Shown here piece by piece: positions 1 to 9,485 of a DNA stretch of 64,000 nucleotides. Within the stretch, counting starts at the first letter, position 1. Every line of letters starts with the position of its first letter. Source of the stretch: an uncultured Verrucomicrobiae bacterium. Its GTDB lineage: Bacteria > Chlamydiota > Chlamydiia > Chlamydiales > Rhabdochlamydiaceae. The stretch lies in NCBI GenBank assembly GCA_963718565.1, contig OY970364.1:1024001-1088000 (forward strand), given 5' to 3'. Under the pieces are notes generated by a model. The model saw only the letters and a list, made by a program, of their open reading frames with translations. It was not told the origin of the DNA and did not search any database. The translations under genes were made by a program, and so were the position numbers.

Positions 1-19
1 TCGCGCTTTTGACATCTGT

Positions 20-152
20 CGCCTTGGCGGCGGCTGCCTTCGGCCCCGGTTCGCTCTTCGCTCACCTGCTTTGCACTGCGAAGGTTCCCCGGACCTTCTC
101 GTGTCTTCGCAGCCACCAACCGAACCCGCTGTGCGGGTTCTGGCAACAGGTG
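20..152. other. GC-rich multi-hairpin non-coding element (REP/tRNA-linked-repeat-like)
   Basis: Stems GAACCCGC-tgt-GCGGGTTC, TGCGAAG/CTTCGCA, GAAGGT/ACCTTC, GGTTCG/CGAACC and CACCTG/CAGGTG; much higher GC than the flanks. Confidence 0.4.
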
Positions 153-246
153 CCAAAATCATCGATTTTCTGCTGGCGAGGAGTTTTGCAATTCCCTCTG
201 CATATAACTCTATTTCTAAAATACGCTTTTTCAGCATAGTGAAGTT

Positions 247-480
247 TTAAATGTAGTGAGAAGCGTATTGATCTAATAAAGCCCTAATCATCGTCTGATA
301 ATTCGTATGCAACTTCTCAGCTTCACTCTTAAAAAAATCAACACTTGATTTAGTTAAAGATATAGTGATCTTTGTTGTCTCTTCTTTCAAGACCAAGTCC
401 TTAGGCTTGGGCAAAAAATCATCAACTATTTTAATTTTCCCAATGCGTTCATCTGTATACTTAGTTTTGCGCTTCTTCAT
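247..480 (-). CDS. BrnA/CopG-like (RHH) antitoxin
   Basis: Start moved to ATG at 480 (MKKRKTKYTD). DDFLPKP...KITISL..SSVDFFK..A......YQTMIRALLD; overlaps the upstream BrnT gene. Confidence 0.85.
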   Translation of the reverse strand: MKKRKTKYTDERIGKIKIVDDFLPKPKDLVLKEETTKITISLTKSSVDFFKSEAEKLHTNYQTMIRALLDQYASHYI

Positions 481-742
481 AAATTTTTCTCCCTTTTCTC
501 CAAAACCCTGCGCCAAAAATACGGATTTTCTGATTTCTATAGGTAAAACGAACAGTCATAATGGCCTTATCTACCCGACCAAAGCAATAGTAACGCGTTT
601 CAGCTCTTGAATGCTCAACATCTTCAGCAATAATTCGCTTTGGATCTAAAAACGCACGTTGGGCCTCGAAAAACGAAACCCCATGTTTTACTATGTTTGC
701 CTCATTCTTGCCGTGATTCCATTCGAATGTCCATTTATCCAT
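461..742 (-). CDS. brnT: BrnT family ribonuclease toxin
   Basis: FEWNHGKNEANIVKHGVSFFEA..AF.DP, HSRAETRY, VRFTYRNQKIRIFGAG. Confidence 0.9.
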   Translation of the reverse strand: MDKWTFEWNHGKNEANIVKHGVSFFEAQRAFLDPKRIIAEDVEHSRAETRYYCFGRVDKAIMTVRFTYRNQKIRIFGAGFWRKGRKIYEEAQN

Positions 743-782
743 ACTTAAATATTACAAAAAATCAATATTTATTGCCATATTT

Positions 783-965
783 TTATACATACCTAAATAT
801 TACCATCTTTCCTTCTGTACAAATACCCAAAGGCTGTAACCAAGACAATTGGCCCTGCGTCCATAAACTCACATCCTCCCAATCTTCATATCCGCATAGT
901 ATAGAGAGAATGGTCGTGCTAATGATATCCGATAAGGGATAAAGTTGATTTCTTGTGCCCTGCAA
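783..965 (-). pseudogene. ISAs1-family transposase N-terminal remnant
   Basis: QLYPLSDIISTTILSILCGYEDWEDV resembles the ISAs1 DDE-associated N-terminal domain; only 60 codons remain. Confidence 0.7.
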
Positions 966-984
966 AAGGCATTGGTGGCATTAA

Positions 985-3579
985 TTAAATACAGTTCGTA
1001 GTAGCTCGAATGAAAAAGTCCTCAAAGGGAAAATGGGCGATGAGCTCCGTTTCAGTCCTGGGAAAGGATTTGAAAAAAAGAGGGCTGGCTACAAAAAGAA
1101 ATTTTTTTCTCGCCCGGCTGATCGAAACGTTGAATCTACGGTAGTCTTTCAAAAAGGCGTTGTGGAGGCTCTCTCGGTCGGACACCGTAGCAGAGAAAAG
1201 AACGAGATCGAATTCTTGACCTTGCATGCGTTCTACCGTATCGATTTTGGGATGTCTGATAGAGAAAGGAAGCGTTTCTTTCAAGGCATTGAGGATTGTG
1301 TTGTTCTGGAGCCGATGAGGAGAAATAATGCCGATCTCATCGATGGAAAAGGAGTAGTCTAAGGTAAGGCGTTTGACTGCCTGCGCGATCCAGAGGGCTT
1401 CCTCTTTTGAAGACTGAAGATTTCCTTCATGCTCTACAGGCACAACAACTAATGGCTTGAGCGGGTCGAGATACGCGTCGATGGAGTCGGAAAACAGGGG
1501 ATAACGCGGCAGTTCAAGCCTTTGGTCTGCTGCTGCGCTCTGAAGCTCTTGGTCATACCAATGCCGGCTGACAAATTGGCAAATCGGGCCATTCATGCGG
1601 TAGGTTTCATTCAATCGAAGGCGATGTTGAGGGCCGAAGCGGGCAATAAACTCCGCTAAAATAGAACGAGCAGGAATGTCTACCTTCACAATAGGGGAAA
1701 GTTGTTGGGTGTCTCCATAGAATAGGGCATTTCCTTTGCTAAATACGAGACTTAAAAGTGCGTAGGAAGGAAGCACTTGCGAGGATTCGTCAAAAATAAC
1801 CCAGTCAAAAGCTCGCGGGAATTGCTTGCCCTCGAAAAGTTGATAGATGCCAAATCCTGTGGCGCCGAGTATAAAGCTGCTGTTTTGCATAAGCGGTTTA
1901 GCGTCCTGCAAAGGCTCTACTCCTGATTTTGCCTCGGCAAAACGCCCATATTTCCAGATGGGGATTTTTTCTTTTTGGTCGAGGGTGCGCGCAACTTTAA
2001 GCAAAATTTGATCGATGGCTTGGTGGGTGAGCGCTGTCACCAGAATTTTGATCGGGCGATGGATGGATTTTGCATGAGCAATAAGAGCGATCAATGTCCA
2101 GACGAGAATGTGAGTCTTGCCGGAGCCTGGAGGCCCTTCAATGAGGCCAATGTTTTTTAAAAATGGGAGCAGAAGGGCCTGTTTTTGCATCGAATTTAGA
2201 CCCGCTCTCTCGGCGTGAATGGAGTACCACTGCCCTACCCACTCTGCAGCAATTGTTGGGGAGTTTTTTCCATGGCCGTGGAGCATGTGGATGAGCTCAG
2301 GTCTAAATTTAGGGTCTTTTAATCGATGTAAAACGGTTTCGATTTTGGGCACATTCCAGTCTGTCGCACATTCATCTAGAGCGTATAATCGGTTTTTACT
2401 GAGGGGCATTTTGTCAGATAAGGACTGGACGGAAAGGGTCCCTTCTTCGGGAGAGTAGGAAGTGAGGATGACAGAAAAGCCGTCTTGAATCTGCATGCTA
2501 TTTGCAATCGATAGTTTGAGAAAGTCGCCGACTCGAAATTTAGCGATAGGGTTTTTTGGATCGATTGAAAAGAGGTAGCGAACCCCTCGTTCTTCTGAAA
2601 CGATGCCTAAAAAAGCTAAAGGGCCGATGGCGCAAAACTGTTCCACACGCTTGGGCAAGGGGTTTTTCTGAAAGGCTAACGTAGCAAGGGTGCGCTCTTC
2701 CCATTCCTGACGTTGCATGAAGAGGTAACTATTAATAAGACCAGTCGGAGGCGGCGCTAAGGAGCGGATGCATTTTACATGAGAGGCGCACCAGCTCCAA
2801 ATCTGTTTGTATAAGTCAGGGGGGACGCACACATCGTCGTGGTATAGACTGACCGGCGGAGATGGGTCAACCATAAGACCTAAACACCTAGCCACCTGGG
2901 TTGCGGTGAGACGCCCATCAACGGGCCAGACAAAATGTTTTTGGAGAAAAGACTGGATCGATGGCCAATCATCGACATTTGGGGGAAAGTCGATGGACTC
3001 GGATTCGAGACAGACAATCGCGGGCCCGTGAGAGGAAGCCTGGTTTTTCAACAAAGTCTCTTGGTAGCAGTAAGAAAAGTAACGGCAAGAGGTGCAACTG
3101 AAGTTTAAAGTGTATTGGTCGGGAGGTTTCATCGAGTCAGCTCTCCACCCAGCGATGAGATGGGGCATCCAGCTTCTAAAATGGGCTAGCGCGAAGGGGG
3201 TGCGTTTTAGCTCGGCCCCACTGCGGTGGACAATGCCTGCGCAGCTGGAAATTGTCACTGGAGCCCCTTGTAAAAGGCGCTCGAGCAAATAGACGTAGAA
3301 GGCAAGTCGCCATTTTTGGGCGTAGGAGAATCCTTCCTGGTCTTTGATGTCCCACACCTCAAGGCGCACACGGGATTCTTCGCACTTAAGATAGATGAGG
3401 TCAGGACTTCCTTTCATCAGAAAGGGGTGATCGATTATGAGTTTTACTCGTGCTAAAAATAGAGAAGTTTGGCTGGCAATCACCTCGTCAATCGCCTGTT
3501 TCAACGTAAAGTCGGCAGTTTCGAAACGTACATTTTTCAAAAACTCGAAATCATTACAAAAAAAATTAAAAAAGAGCAT
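985..3579 (-). CDS. PD-(D/E)XK (RecB/TM0106-like) nuclease fused to a DNA2/NAM7 (UPF1-like SF1) helicase, 5'-truncated
   Basis: GSPDLI...VWDIK and CTSCRYFSYC; EGPPGSGKT, FDESSQ, GDTQQL, YRMN, DTVERMQGQEFD, RRFNVSISRAR. The first ~16 codons (3530-3579) come from the inverted duplication, so the native start is lost. Confidence 0.85.
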   Translation of the reverse strand: MLFFNFFCNDFEFLKNVRFETADFTLKQAIDEVIASQTSLFLARVKLIIDHPFLMKGSPDLIYLKCEESRVRLEVWDIKDQEGFSYAQKWRLAFYVYLLERLLQGAPVTISSCAGIVHRSGAELKRTPFALAHFRSWMPHLIAGWRADSMKPPDQYTLNFSCTSCRYFSYCYQETLLKNQASSHGPAIVCLESESIDFPPNVDDWPSIQSFLQKHFVWPVDGRLTATQVARCLGLMVDPSPPVSLYHDDVCVPPDLYKQIWSWCASHVKCIRSLAPPPTGLINSYLFMQRQEWEERTLATLAFQKNPLPKRVEQFCAIGPLAFLGIVSEERGVRYLFSIDPKNPIAKFRVGDFLKLSIANSMQIQDGFSVILTSYSPEEGTLSVQSLSDKMPLSKNRLYALDECATDWNVPKIETVLHRLKDPKFRPELIHMLHGHGKNSPTIAAEWVGQWYSIHAERAGLNSMQKQALLLPFLKNIGLIEGPPGSGKTHILVWTLIALIAHAKSIHRPIKILVTALTHQAIDQILLKVARTLDQKEKIPIWKYGRFAEAKSGVEPLQDAKPLMQNSSFILGATGFGIYQLFEGKQFPRAFDWVIFDESSQVLPSYALLSLVFSKGNALFYGDTQQLSPIVKVDIPARSILAEFIARFGPQHRLRLNETYRMNGPICQFVSRHWYDQELQSAAADQRLELPRYPLFSDSIDAYLDPLKPLVVVPVEHEGNLQSSKEEALWIAQAVKRLTLDYSFSIDEIGIISPHRLQNNTILNALKETLPFSIRHPKIDTVERMQGQEFDLVLFSATVSDRESLHNAFLKDYRRFNVSISRARKKFLFVASPLFFKSFPRTETELIAHFPFEDFFIRATTNCI

Positions 3580-4099
3580 CCTGCATTGCTACAAAAGTTT
3601 AACAAGGCTGAAATGAATCTGTTACACGGCTTGGGGCGCTTTTTAGGATCAAGCAACAATTTTTCTGTAAAATCTGAAATCTTCTTCACTTAGGTCAATT
3701 TCTTACTATAAAAACGGCCTCTCGCGTCAGAGACGCTTCGGCTTTTTACTTTGCTTTTGAGGAAAAATTTTTCGAATCTGACACTTTTTTATGCCAGATA
3801 ATTCACCCCTAAACAAAAAGTGTTCCATCGGTGTTAGCGTTGTTTTCCTCAATATTTTATTCTAACGTCAAATACCTCTTTCCGCTTATCCATTCATCGT
3901 GTATCTCAGATACCACGGCAGTGACCAATCTTTCACAAGACGCTTCATTGGGAAATAATCTTGCTACTCTTGTTCGCCGCTTAATCTCTCCATTAAGCCT
4001 TTCAACAATATTAACAGTCCTTATCTGTTTCCAGTGCCTTCTTGGCCGATGATAAAATGTCATTGCCTCAATTGCATTGATTTCAAACCAATTGCAAAA
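3530..4099. repeat. Left arm of a 570-bp inverted duplication (reverse complement of 4643-5212)
   Basis: Direct comparison; one mismatch noticed (GGGCGC vs GGGCAC); produces duplicated ORF translations. Confidence 0.95.
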
Positions 4100-4885
4100 G
4101 AGCTGTGCGGCTTTGATTTGAGTTCAACCCAAGTTTCTCGGGTTGCAATGATTCTCGATGAGGAGCTTGAAAAATTCCGCAGGAGAAATTTAGGTCACAT
4201 CGTTTATCTTTATCTCGATGCCGATTATCAAAAGGTGAGACACGATGGACACGTCAGAGACATTGCAGTACTAAAAGCTGTTGGAGTGAACAAAGATGGA
4301 TTTCGAGAAGTGCTTGGCATTTCATGCAGTTTATCTGAGGCCGAAGTGCATTGGAGGACATTCCTGGAAGACTTACTCTCTCGAGGATTAAGAGGAGTAG
4401 AAATGGTGATTAGCGATGATCACTCTGGGCTAAAAGCTGCACTAAGGGCAGTGCTTCCATCGGTTCCTTGGCAGCGCTGTCTTTTTCATCTTGCTCAAAA
4501 CGCTCAAAGCTATGTCCCAAACACGGCAATGCGAGGAGAAATTGCACAAGCGGTACGAGATGTTTATCAAGCCTTGAATCAACAAGAGGCTGAAAAACGA
4601 GTTAAGGAAACAGTGCAAAGATATGAAAAAAGAGCGCCCAAATTTTGCAATTGGTTTGAAATCAATGCAATTGAGGCAATGACATTTTATCATCGGCCAA
4701 GAAGGCACTGGAAACAGATAAGGACTGTTAATATTGTTGAAAGGCTTAATGGAGAGATTAAGCGGCGAACAAGAGTAGCAAGATTATTTCCCAATGAAGC
4801 GTCTTGTGAAAGATTGGTCACTGCCGTGGTATCTGAGATACACGATGAATGGATAAGCGGAAAGAGGTATTTGACGTTAGAATAA
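4034..4885 (+). pseudogene. IS256-family (Mutator-type) transposase, 5'-truncated
   Basis: ELCG..LSSTQVS, YLYLDA, ISDDHSGL, WQRCLFH, RTVNIVERLNGEIKRRT, FPNEASC; first ~22 codons come from the inverted arm. Confidence 0.9.
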
Positions 4886-5096
4886 AATATTGAGGAAAAC
4901 AACGCTAACACCGATGGAACACTTTTTGTTTAGGGGTGAATTATCTGGCATAAAAAAGTGTCAGATTCGAAAAATTTTTCCTCAAAAGCAAAGTAAAAAG
5001 CCGAAGCGTCTCTGACGCGAGAGGCCGTTTTTATAGTAAGAAATTGACCTAAGTGAAGAAGATTTCAGATTTTACAGAAAAATTGTTGCTTGATCC
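4100..5096 (+). mobile_element. IS256-family element, left part missing
   Basis: Transposase fragment plus IS256-type terminal sequence TTTACAGAAAAATTGTTGCTTGATC at 5071-5095. Confidence 0.8.
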
Positions 5097-5212
5097 TAAA
5101 AAGTGCCCCAAGCCGTGTAACAGATTCATTTCAGCCTTGTTAAACTTTTGTAGCAATGCAGGATGCTCTTTTTTAATTTTTTTTGTAATGATTTCGAGTT
5201 TTTGAAAAATGT
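4643..5212. repeat. Right arm of the 570-bp inverted duplication
   Basis: Covers the 3' part of the IS256 transposase, the IS end and ~115 bp of the flanking gene. Confidence 0.95.
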
Positions 5213-6134
5213 TGTTTTCCTTAACTGCTTTAATAAATTGATTAATTGTGCTCTTTCCTTTAGCAAATAAATCAGTCTGATTAGTTATTTCTTTTTCCCA
5301 GCCATCTATACTTTTATCGAAAATGGATTGATTTTTGATAAAATCTTCTATCTCTTCGAAAAGAAATTCCTGATCATCAGCTGAAAATTTATCTAAAAAA
5401 TTACGTATCACGTCTTCTATTAACACTTTATCTAAAGTTTTAATATCCACCTTTTCCATATATATCCATAAACCTTCTGCTAAAACAACATCACTCAATT
5501 TGGCCCGATTAAGAAGATAACTAGGATAGGCCTTTTTCACACCTTCTGGCAATGATGCAAACGGATTCACTCTTCTTTCAATGTCTTTCAGTAGAGGTTT
5601 TACAATCGAGTTTAATTCGCTATCACTTGTCCATACTACTGACGCTTTTAAGGTATCCTCTTTCCAATTTGTGACAATGATATGGTTTTTCTTAAGTATT
5701 TTTTTGATTTCTGTCCGATGTTTCAGAATATAGAGAATTTTGTCATAACGAATGTGCTGATTTGCTGAGAGATATTTAAATCTAGGATTTGAGGTACACT
5801 CATTTGCAAGTTGATCATTTGTTAGTTGACCATTTGTTATATATTGCTCAGAAATTTCGGCATGGATGATTAATTTTGCAATTGTTAAAGTTTCATCTAT
5901 CCGAGCAACTCTTTTAAGCGTAGATTTAATTGCACTTTTCATCGAATCTTTGTATGAAGCTTTTTGAAGTTGTAAATTTTCGTTAAATATCAGATCAGCT
6001 TTGTCATCAAGCGTCTTCTTACTTAAAAATGAGCTGCGCATGTCTTCGGACATCTTGTCTATAGTGTCCATAACAGCCCTGGTTAAAGAATCTCCTTTAT
6101 ACCACCATTCTAATAAACTATTGATGATTATCAT
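5049..6134 (-). CDS. AT-rich hypothetical helical protein; 3' end interrupted by IS256
   Basis: 361-aa ORF with GAGG RBS; last ~15 codons lie inside the IS256 terminal sequence. Confidence 0.7.
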   Translation of the reverse strand: MIIINSLLEWWYKGDSLTRAVMDTIDKMSEDMRSSFLSKKTLDDKADLIFNENLQLQKASYKDSMKSAIKSTLKRVARIDETLTIAKLIIHAEISEQYITNGQLTNDQLANECTSNPRFKYLSANQHIRYDKILYILKHRTEIKKILKKNHIIVTNWKEDTLKASVVWTSDSELNSIVKPLLKDIERRVNPFASLPEGVKKAYPSYLLNRAKLSDVVLAEGLWIYMEKVDIKTLDKVLIEDVIRNFLDKFSADDQEFLFEEIEDFIKNQSIFDKSIDGWEKEITNQTDLFAKGKSTINQFIKAVKENNIFQKLEIITKKIKKEHPALLQKFNKAEMNLLHGLGHFLGSSNNFSVKSEIFFT

Positions 6135-6377
6135 AATGACCTCATTGCTTAATTGCGTTTTTATTATTAATCTAACTATAATAATTTAATTTTTATAATT
6201 ATCATTATACTATATTTTTATAAAAAAAACATAAATATTAATTCAGAATAACATTTTTTAGTCATAGGAGGCTAATTCATTGAAAAGTAATGATATAAGG
6301 ACAAAAATTTGCGGAAAAAATATGACGACATATAACTCCATGAATATCATAGACTTAGGTTTGATTTCTTTAAACTC

Positions 6378-6434
6378 CTGGAGTTTTGACTGATTTCGCG
6401 AGCGTCAGCGAGTGAAATTGGTTCCAAACTCCAG
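6378..6434. repeat. Imperfect palindrome (REP/MITE-like)
   Basis: CTGGAGTTT...ATTTCGC-GAGCGTCAGCGA-GTGAAAT...AAACTCCAG; TAAACTCC occurs on both sides. Confidence 0.55.
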
Positions 6435-6459
6435 TAAACTCCAGAAAAATGCTACTTAA

Positions 6460-8176
6460 CCCAAGTTCGCCCGAGAGAGCTGACCTAAGTCCCTCATAAT
6501 CAACAACATTAAAATCAACCTTTGCTTTCGTAAGTCCCTTATTTTTAGTGCTTTGCTGTTTTTGCGAATTTGTAGTGACTGAAAATCTGTAAAATAATTA
6601 TTTCATGTTTAAATAAATTCGATCCATCGGTAAGATCTGAGGGCATGTATATAAGGAAAGCCCTCAAGACAGACCGTAAGAGCGGAAAAACCTACTCTGC
6701 TTTTCACTTGGTTGAATCCGTGAGGACTGATAGAGGCCCGCGCCAACGCGCGCTTCTATACATGGGAGCCGAAATCAACCTCCCAGAAGAACAGCATGCA
6801 CTTCTCGCTCAATGCATTGAAGATATTCTTACAAGTGCGCAATCGTTATTCGCTTATCCAGAAGAGATTCAAAAGCTAGCCCAATCTTACACCTCGCAGA
6901 TTGTGCGTCGTTTGTCCGACCCAGGAGACAACGCGGAACAACTAAAACAAGATCTACTACCTGAATTTGTCAATATCGACGTTCATTCAATTGAACAGAC
7001 TGAACCACGGTCTGTTGGTGCGGAACATCTCTTACTTCAGATGGGAAATCAACTCAAACTGCCGGAACAGCTGCAAAAACTAGGCCTTTCAAAAACAGAT
7101 GCCGCAATTGCCTTGGGATCGATCGTTGCCAGGGCTGTACACCCAAGCAGCGAAAGGGAAGCTTATCGGTGGCTATGCACTAGCAGTGGTCTTGGCGAAT
7201 TACTTGATTTCGACTTTACAAAAACTACTTTGCACAAGCTCTATAAAATCAGCGATACGTTGCTGTCTCATAAAGACGGGTTGGAAACAGCTTTAGAAAC
7301 CATCGAACAGCAATTTCATGGATACAAAAGTACAATAGCTCTCTACGATTTAACCAATACCTATACAGAAGGGCGGGCTGAGGCAAATCCAAAAGCTGCC
7401 TATGGTCTTTCGAAAGAAAAACGAAATGATTGCCCTCTCATTACTATAGGGCTAGTCATGAATGAGCACGGATTTCTCATCAAAACCTCATTACTTGCAG
7501 GAAATGCTTCAGAGCCCCAAACCCTACAAACAATGATCGCGAGCCTAAGTATTCACTCGTCTCTAATCAAGCCAACTATTGTATTGGATGCAGGGATTGC
7601 TACCGAAGAGAATCTGACCTGGTTACGCAAGAATGGATATACGTATGTTGTCTCAGCAAGACAAGATCCTCCCGTTGTTGAATTTGAAGGACAATTAGTC
7701 TCAGTAGGTGATCAGCATGACCTAGTAAAAGCTGCCTTGATCAGTCAGGATGGTAATGAGGAAAATTGGCTCTATTGCGAATCTGAAGCAAAAGCAGCGG
7801 TCGCCTCAGGGATGAAGAAAAAATTTAGAAAACGATTTGAAGATGATCTACAAAAACTTGCGAATGATCTTTCCAAACCTAAAGGGCGCAAGAAGCATAA
7901 CAAAGTGCTTGAACGGGTAGGTCGGCTCAAGGAAAAGCAAAAGAGTTATGGCAATTGTATAATGTTCTCAGAAGCGTTGAGGATGCGTTTCGATTTATGA
8001 AATCCTCATTAGGATTGCGTCCAGTCTATCACCAGAAGGAACATCGAGTGGACGGGCATTTATGGATCACCATACTTGCCTACCATCTAATCCAACACTG
8101 CAGGCACCAATTAATTCGAAAAGGGATAAACTATTTGTGGCAGACAATACGTAATATCATGATTACTCGAGTCCGA
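6460..8176 (+). mobile_element. IS1634-family element, degraded copy (154-bp internal deletion, right end lost)
   Basis: Begins TTAA|CCCAAGTTCGC; nearly identical to 32992-35058; identity stops at 8176. Confidence 0.92.
6645..8176 (+). pseudogene. IS1634-family transposase, frameshifted and truncated
   Basis: ORFs 6645-8000 and 7955-8221 match the intact 608-aa copy on either side of the deletion. Confidence 0.92.
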
Positions 8177-8503
8177 ATCTACTTTGATAGGCGCATGAAA
8201 GCTTGGCACCTTACAAGCTAAAGTACCCCAAGCATGTTTATTTCCGGTATTTCTCACTTGAAGAAACAAATACTTCTTTTTTCCTACTAAATCTTTTTTT
8301 TCTAGCTGTGTAGGTTGCTGCGGTGGATCGCATAATGCTGCACACGCTTGTTCTTGAGTGACGATATAAGCTTTTATCTCGATTTCTTTTGCATAAGCTT
8401 TATCAGAGAATAGAGAACGCTCGATAAAATTCATATCAGCCTTTGCAAATTGAGGTACTAATAATATCAAAAGAACAACTATTGACTTTATAAAGGAGTT
8501 CAT
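8111..8503 (-). pseudogene. Secreted hypothetical protein, 3'-truncated where fused to IS1634
   Basis: Signal peptide MNSFIKSIVVLLILLVPQFAKA; GAGG RBS; residues after ...PIKVD read through IS sequence. Confidence 0.7.
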
Positions 8504-8570
8504 CGTACCTCACATTTATCTTGTATTTTTTCATTCTTCTAACTCATCAATCTGAATTTCATGATTAGAC

Positions 8571-8819
8571 TTATTTCGCATAGAGTGTTTTCCATTCGAC
8601 AAGAGCTTGGGGTTGATTTGGCCCATCTCCAAGAATTGCACTTCCTACGGGAATAACCCATACGTCGAATTCTTTCATATTGGGACGTAACCCGATTACA
8701 GAAACCTCAACACTTCTATATCCAACAGTGCATTTCAACGTTCCAAAAGCTTGCTTACCCCCAGTATTTTTTGCTAAAATGACGATAAGGCTTTTTCTAT
8801 GTTGATTAACCTGCTTCAA
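8571..8819 (-). pseudogene. Paralog of 8111-8503 lacking its N-terminus
   Basis: LAKNTGGKQAFGTLKC vs VRNTGNKHAWGTLAC; no signal peptide. Confidence 0.6.
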
Positions 8820-8832
8820 TTCACAAAATGAT

Positions 8833-9204
8833 TCATTCTTCTACTTCACTCCCCCACTCATCCTCTTCATCATCGTCTACCTCCCGCAGTTCAAAGGACC
8901 TGAAATAATCAGCAAGCCAAGAGTTTTGATACCTAAGCTCATCGTCCCTTTCTATTGCTTTTCGCATTGCGTCTTCATTGATGCCAACGATCAGATCTTT
9001 TTCCTCAATGCGAATGCCTCCGGGAAGAAAAACAGGCAGTTTCTCATTGGGATCCCAAGCATCGATGTAATAATACAATGGCACTGAGAGTTCAATGCGC
9101 CCAAGTGAGGGGGAATCTGTGGACTGATCAGGAGGCTCTTGAGTTTCGGCACACAAGAGCTGAAAAAATTCTGAAAGAAACAGCATGGAAGAAATACATT
9201 TCAT
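8833..9204 (-). CDS. Hypothetical protein, probably secreted, with acidic C-terminus
   Basis: Likely start MKCISSMLFL (9204) with hydrophobic N-terminus; EVDDDEEDEW tail. Confidence 0.55.
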   Translation of the reverse strand: MKCISSMLFLSEFFQLLCAETQEPPDQSTDSPSLGRIELSVPLYYYIDAWDPNEKLPVFLPGGIRIEEKDLIVGINEDAMRKAIERDDELRYQNSWLADYFRSFELREVDDDEEDEWGSEVEE

Positions 9205-9485
9205 CGCGCTTCTCGATCTTTTTTCCATGATACTCAAACCAACTCATGCCCCTCGCAGTTCGTTCACTACTTTCTGGTGTAAGTGATGCCAGTGTTGTGC
9301 TCGAAAGGCAATTTTATTAAATCACACGGTTAACCCGCAACAGCCTTTACTAAGTGTAGAAGGAATTTGGGGTCCGTCTAAACAGCGGAGCCCTCTTTTT
9401 TTTTGCCCTGAAAAATTCTCGAACTCTTTTCTCAACTTTTCTCTGCACTGCAGTTTTTCCACATGATTTTTTTGTCTCTAAAAGA

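Noticed and set aside
9..239. 76-aa ORF
   Set aside because: TTG start, no RBS, coincides with a structured GC-rich element
3469..4063. Separate genes or a second independent IS256 copy
   Set aside because: Products of the inverted duplication; the arm includes flanking gene DNA beyond the IS end
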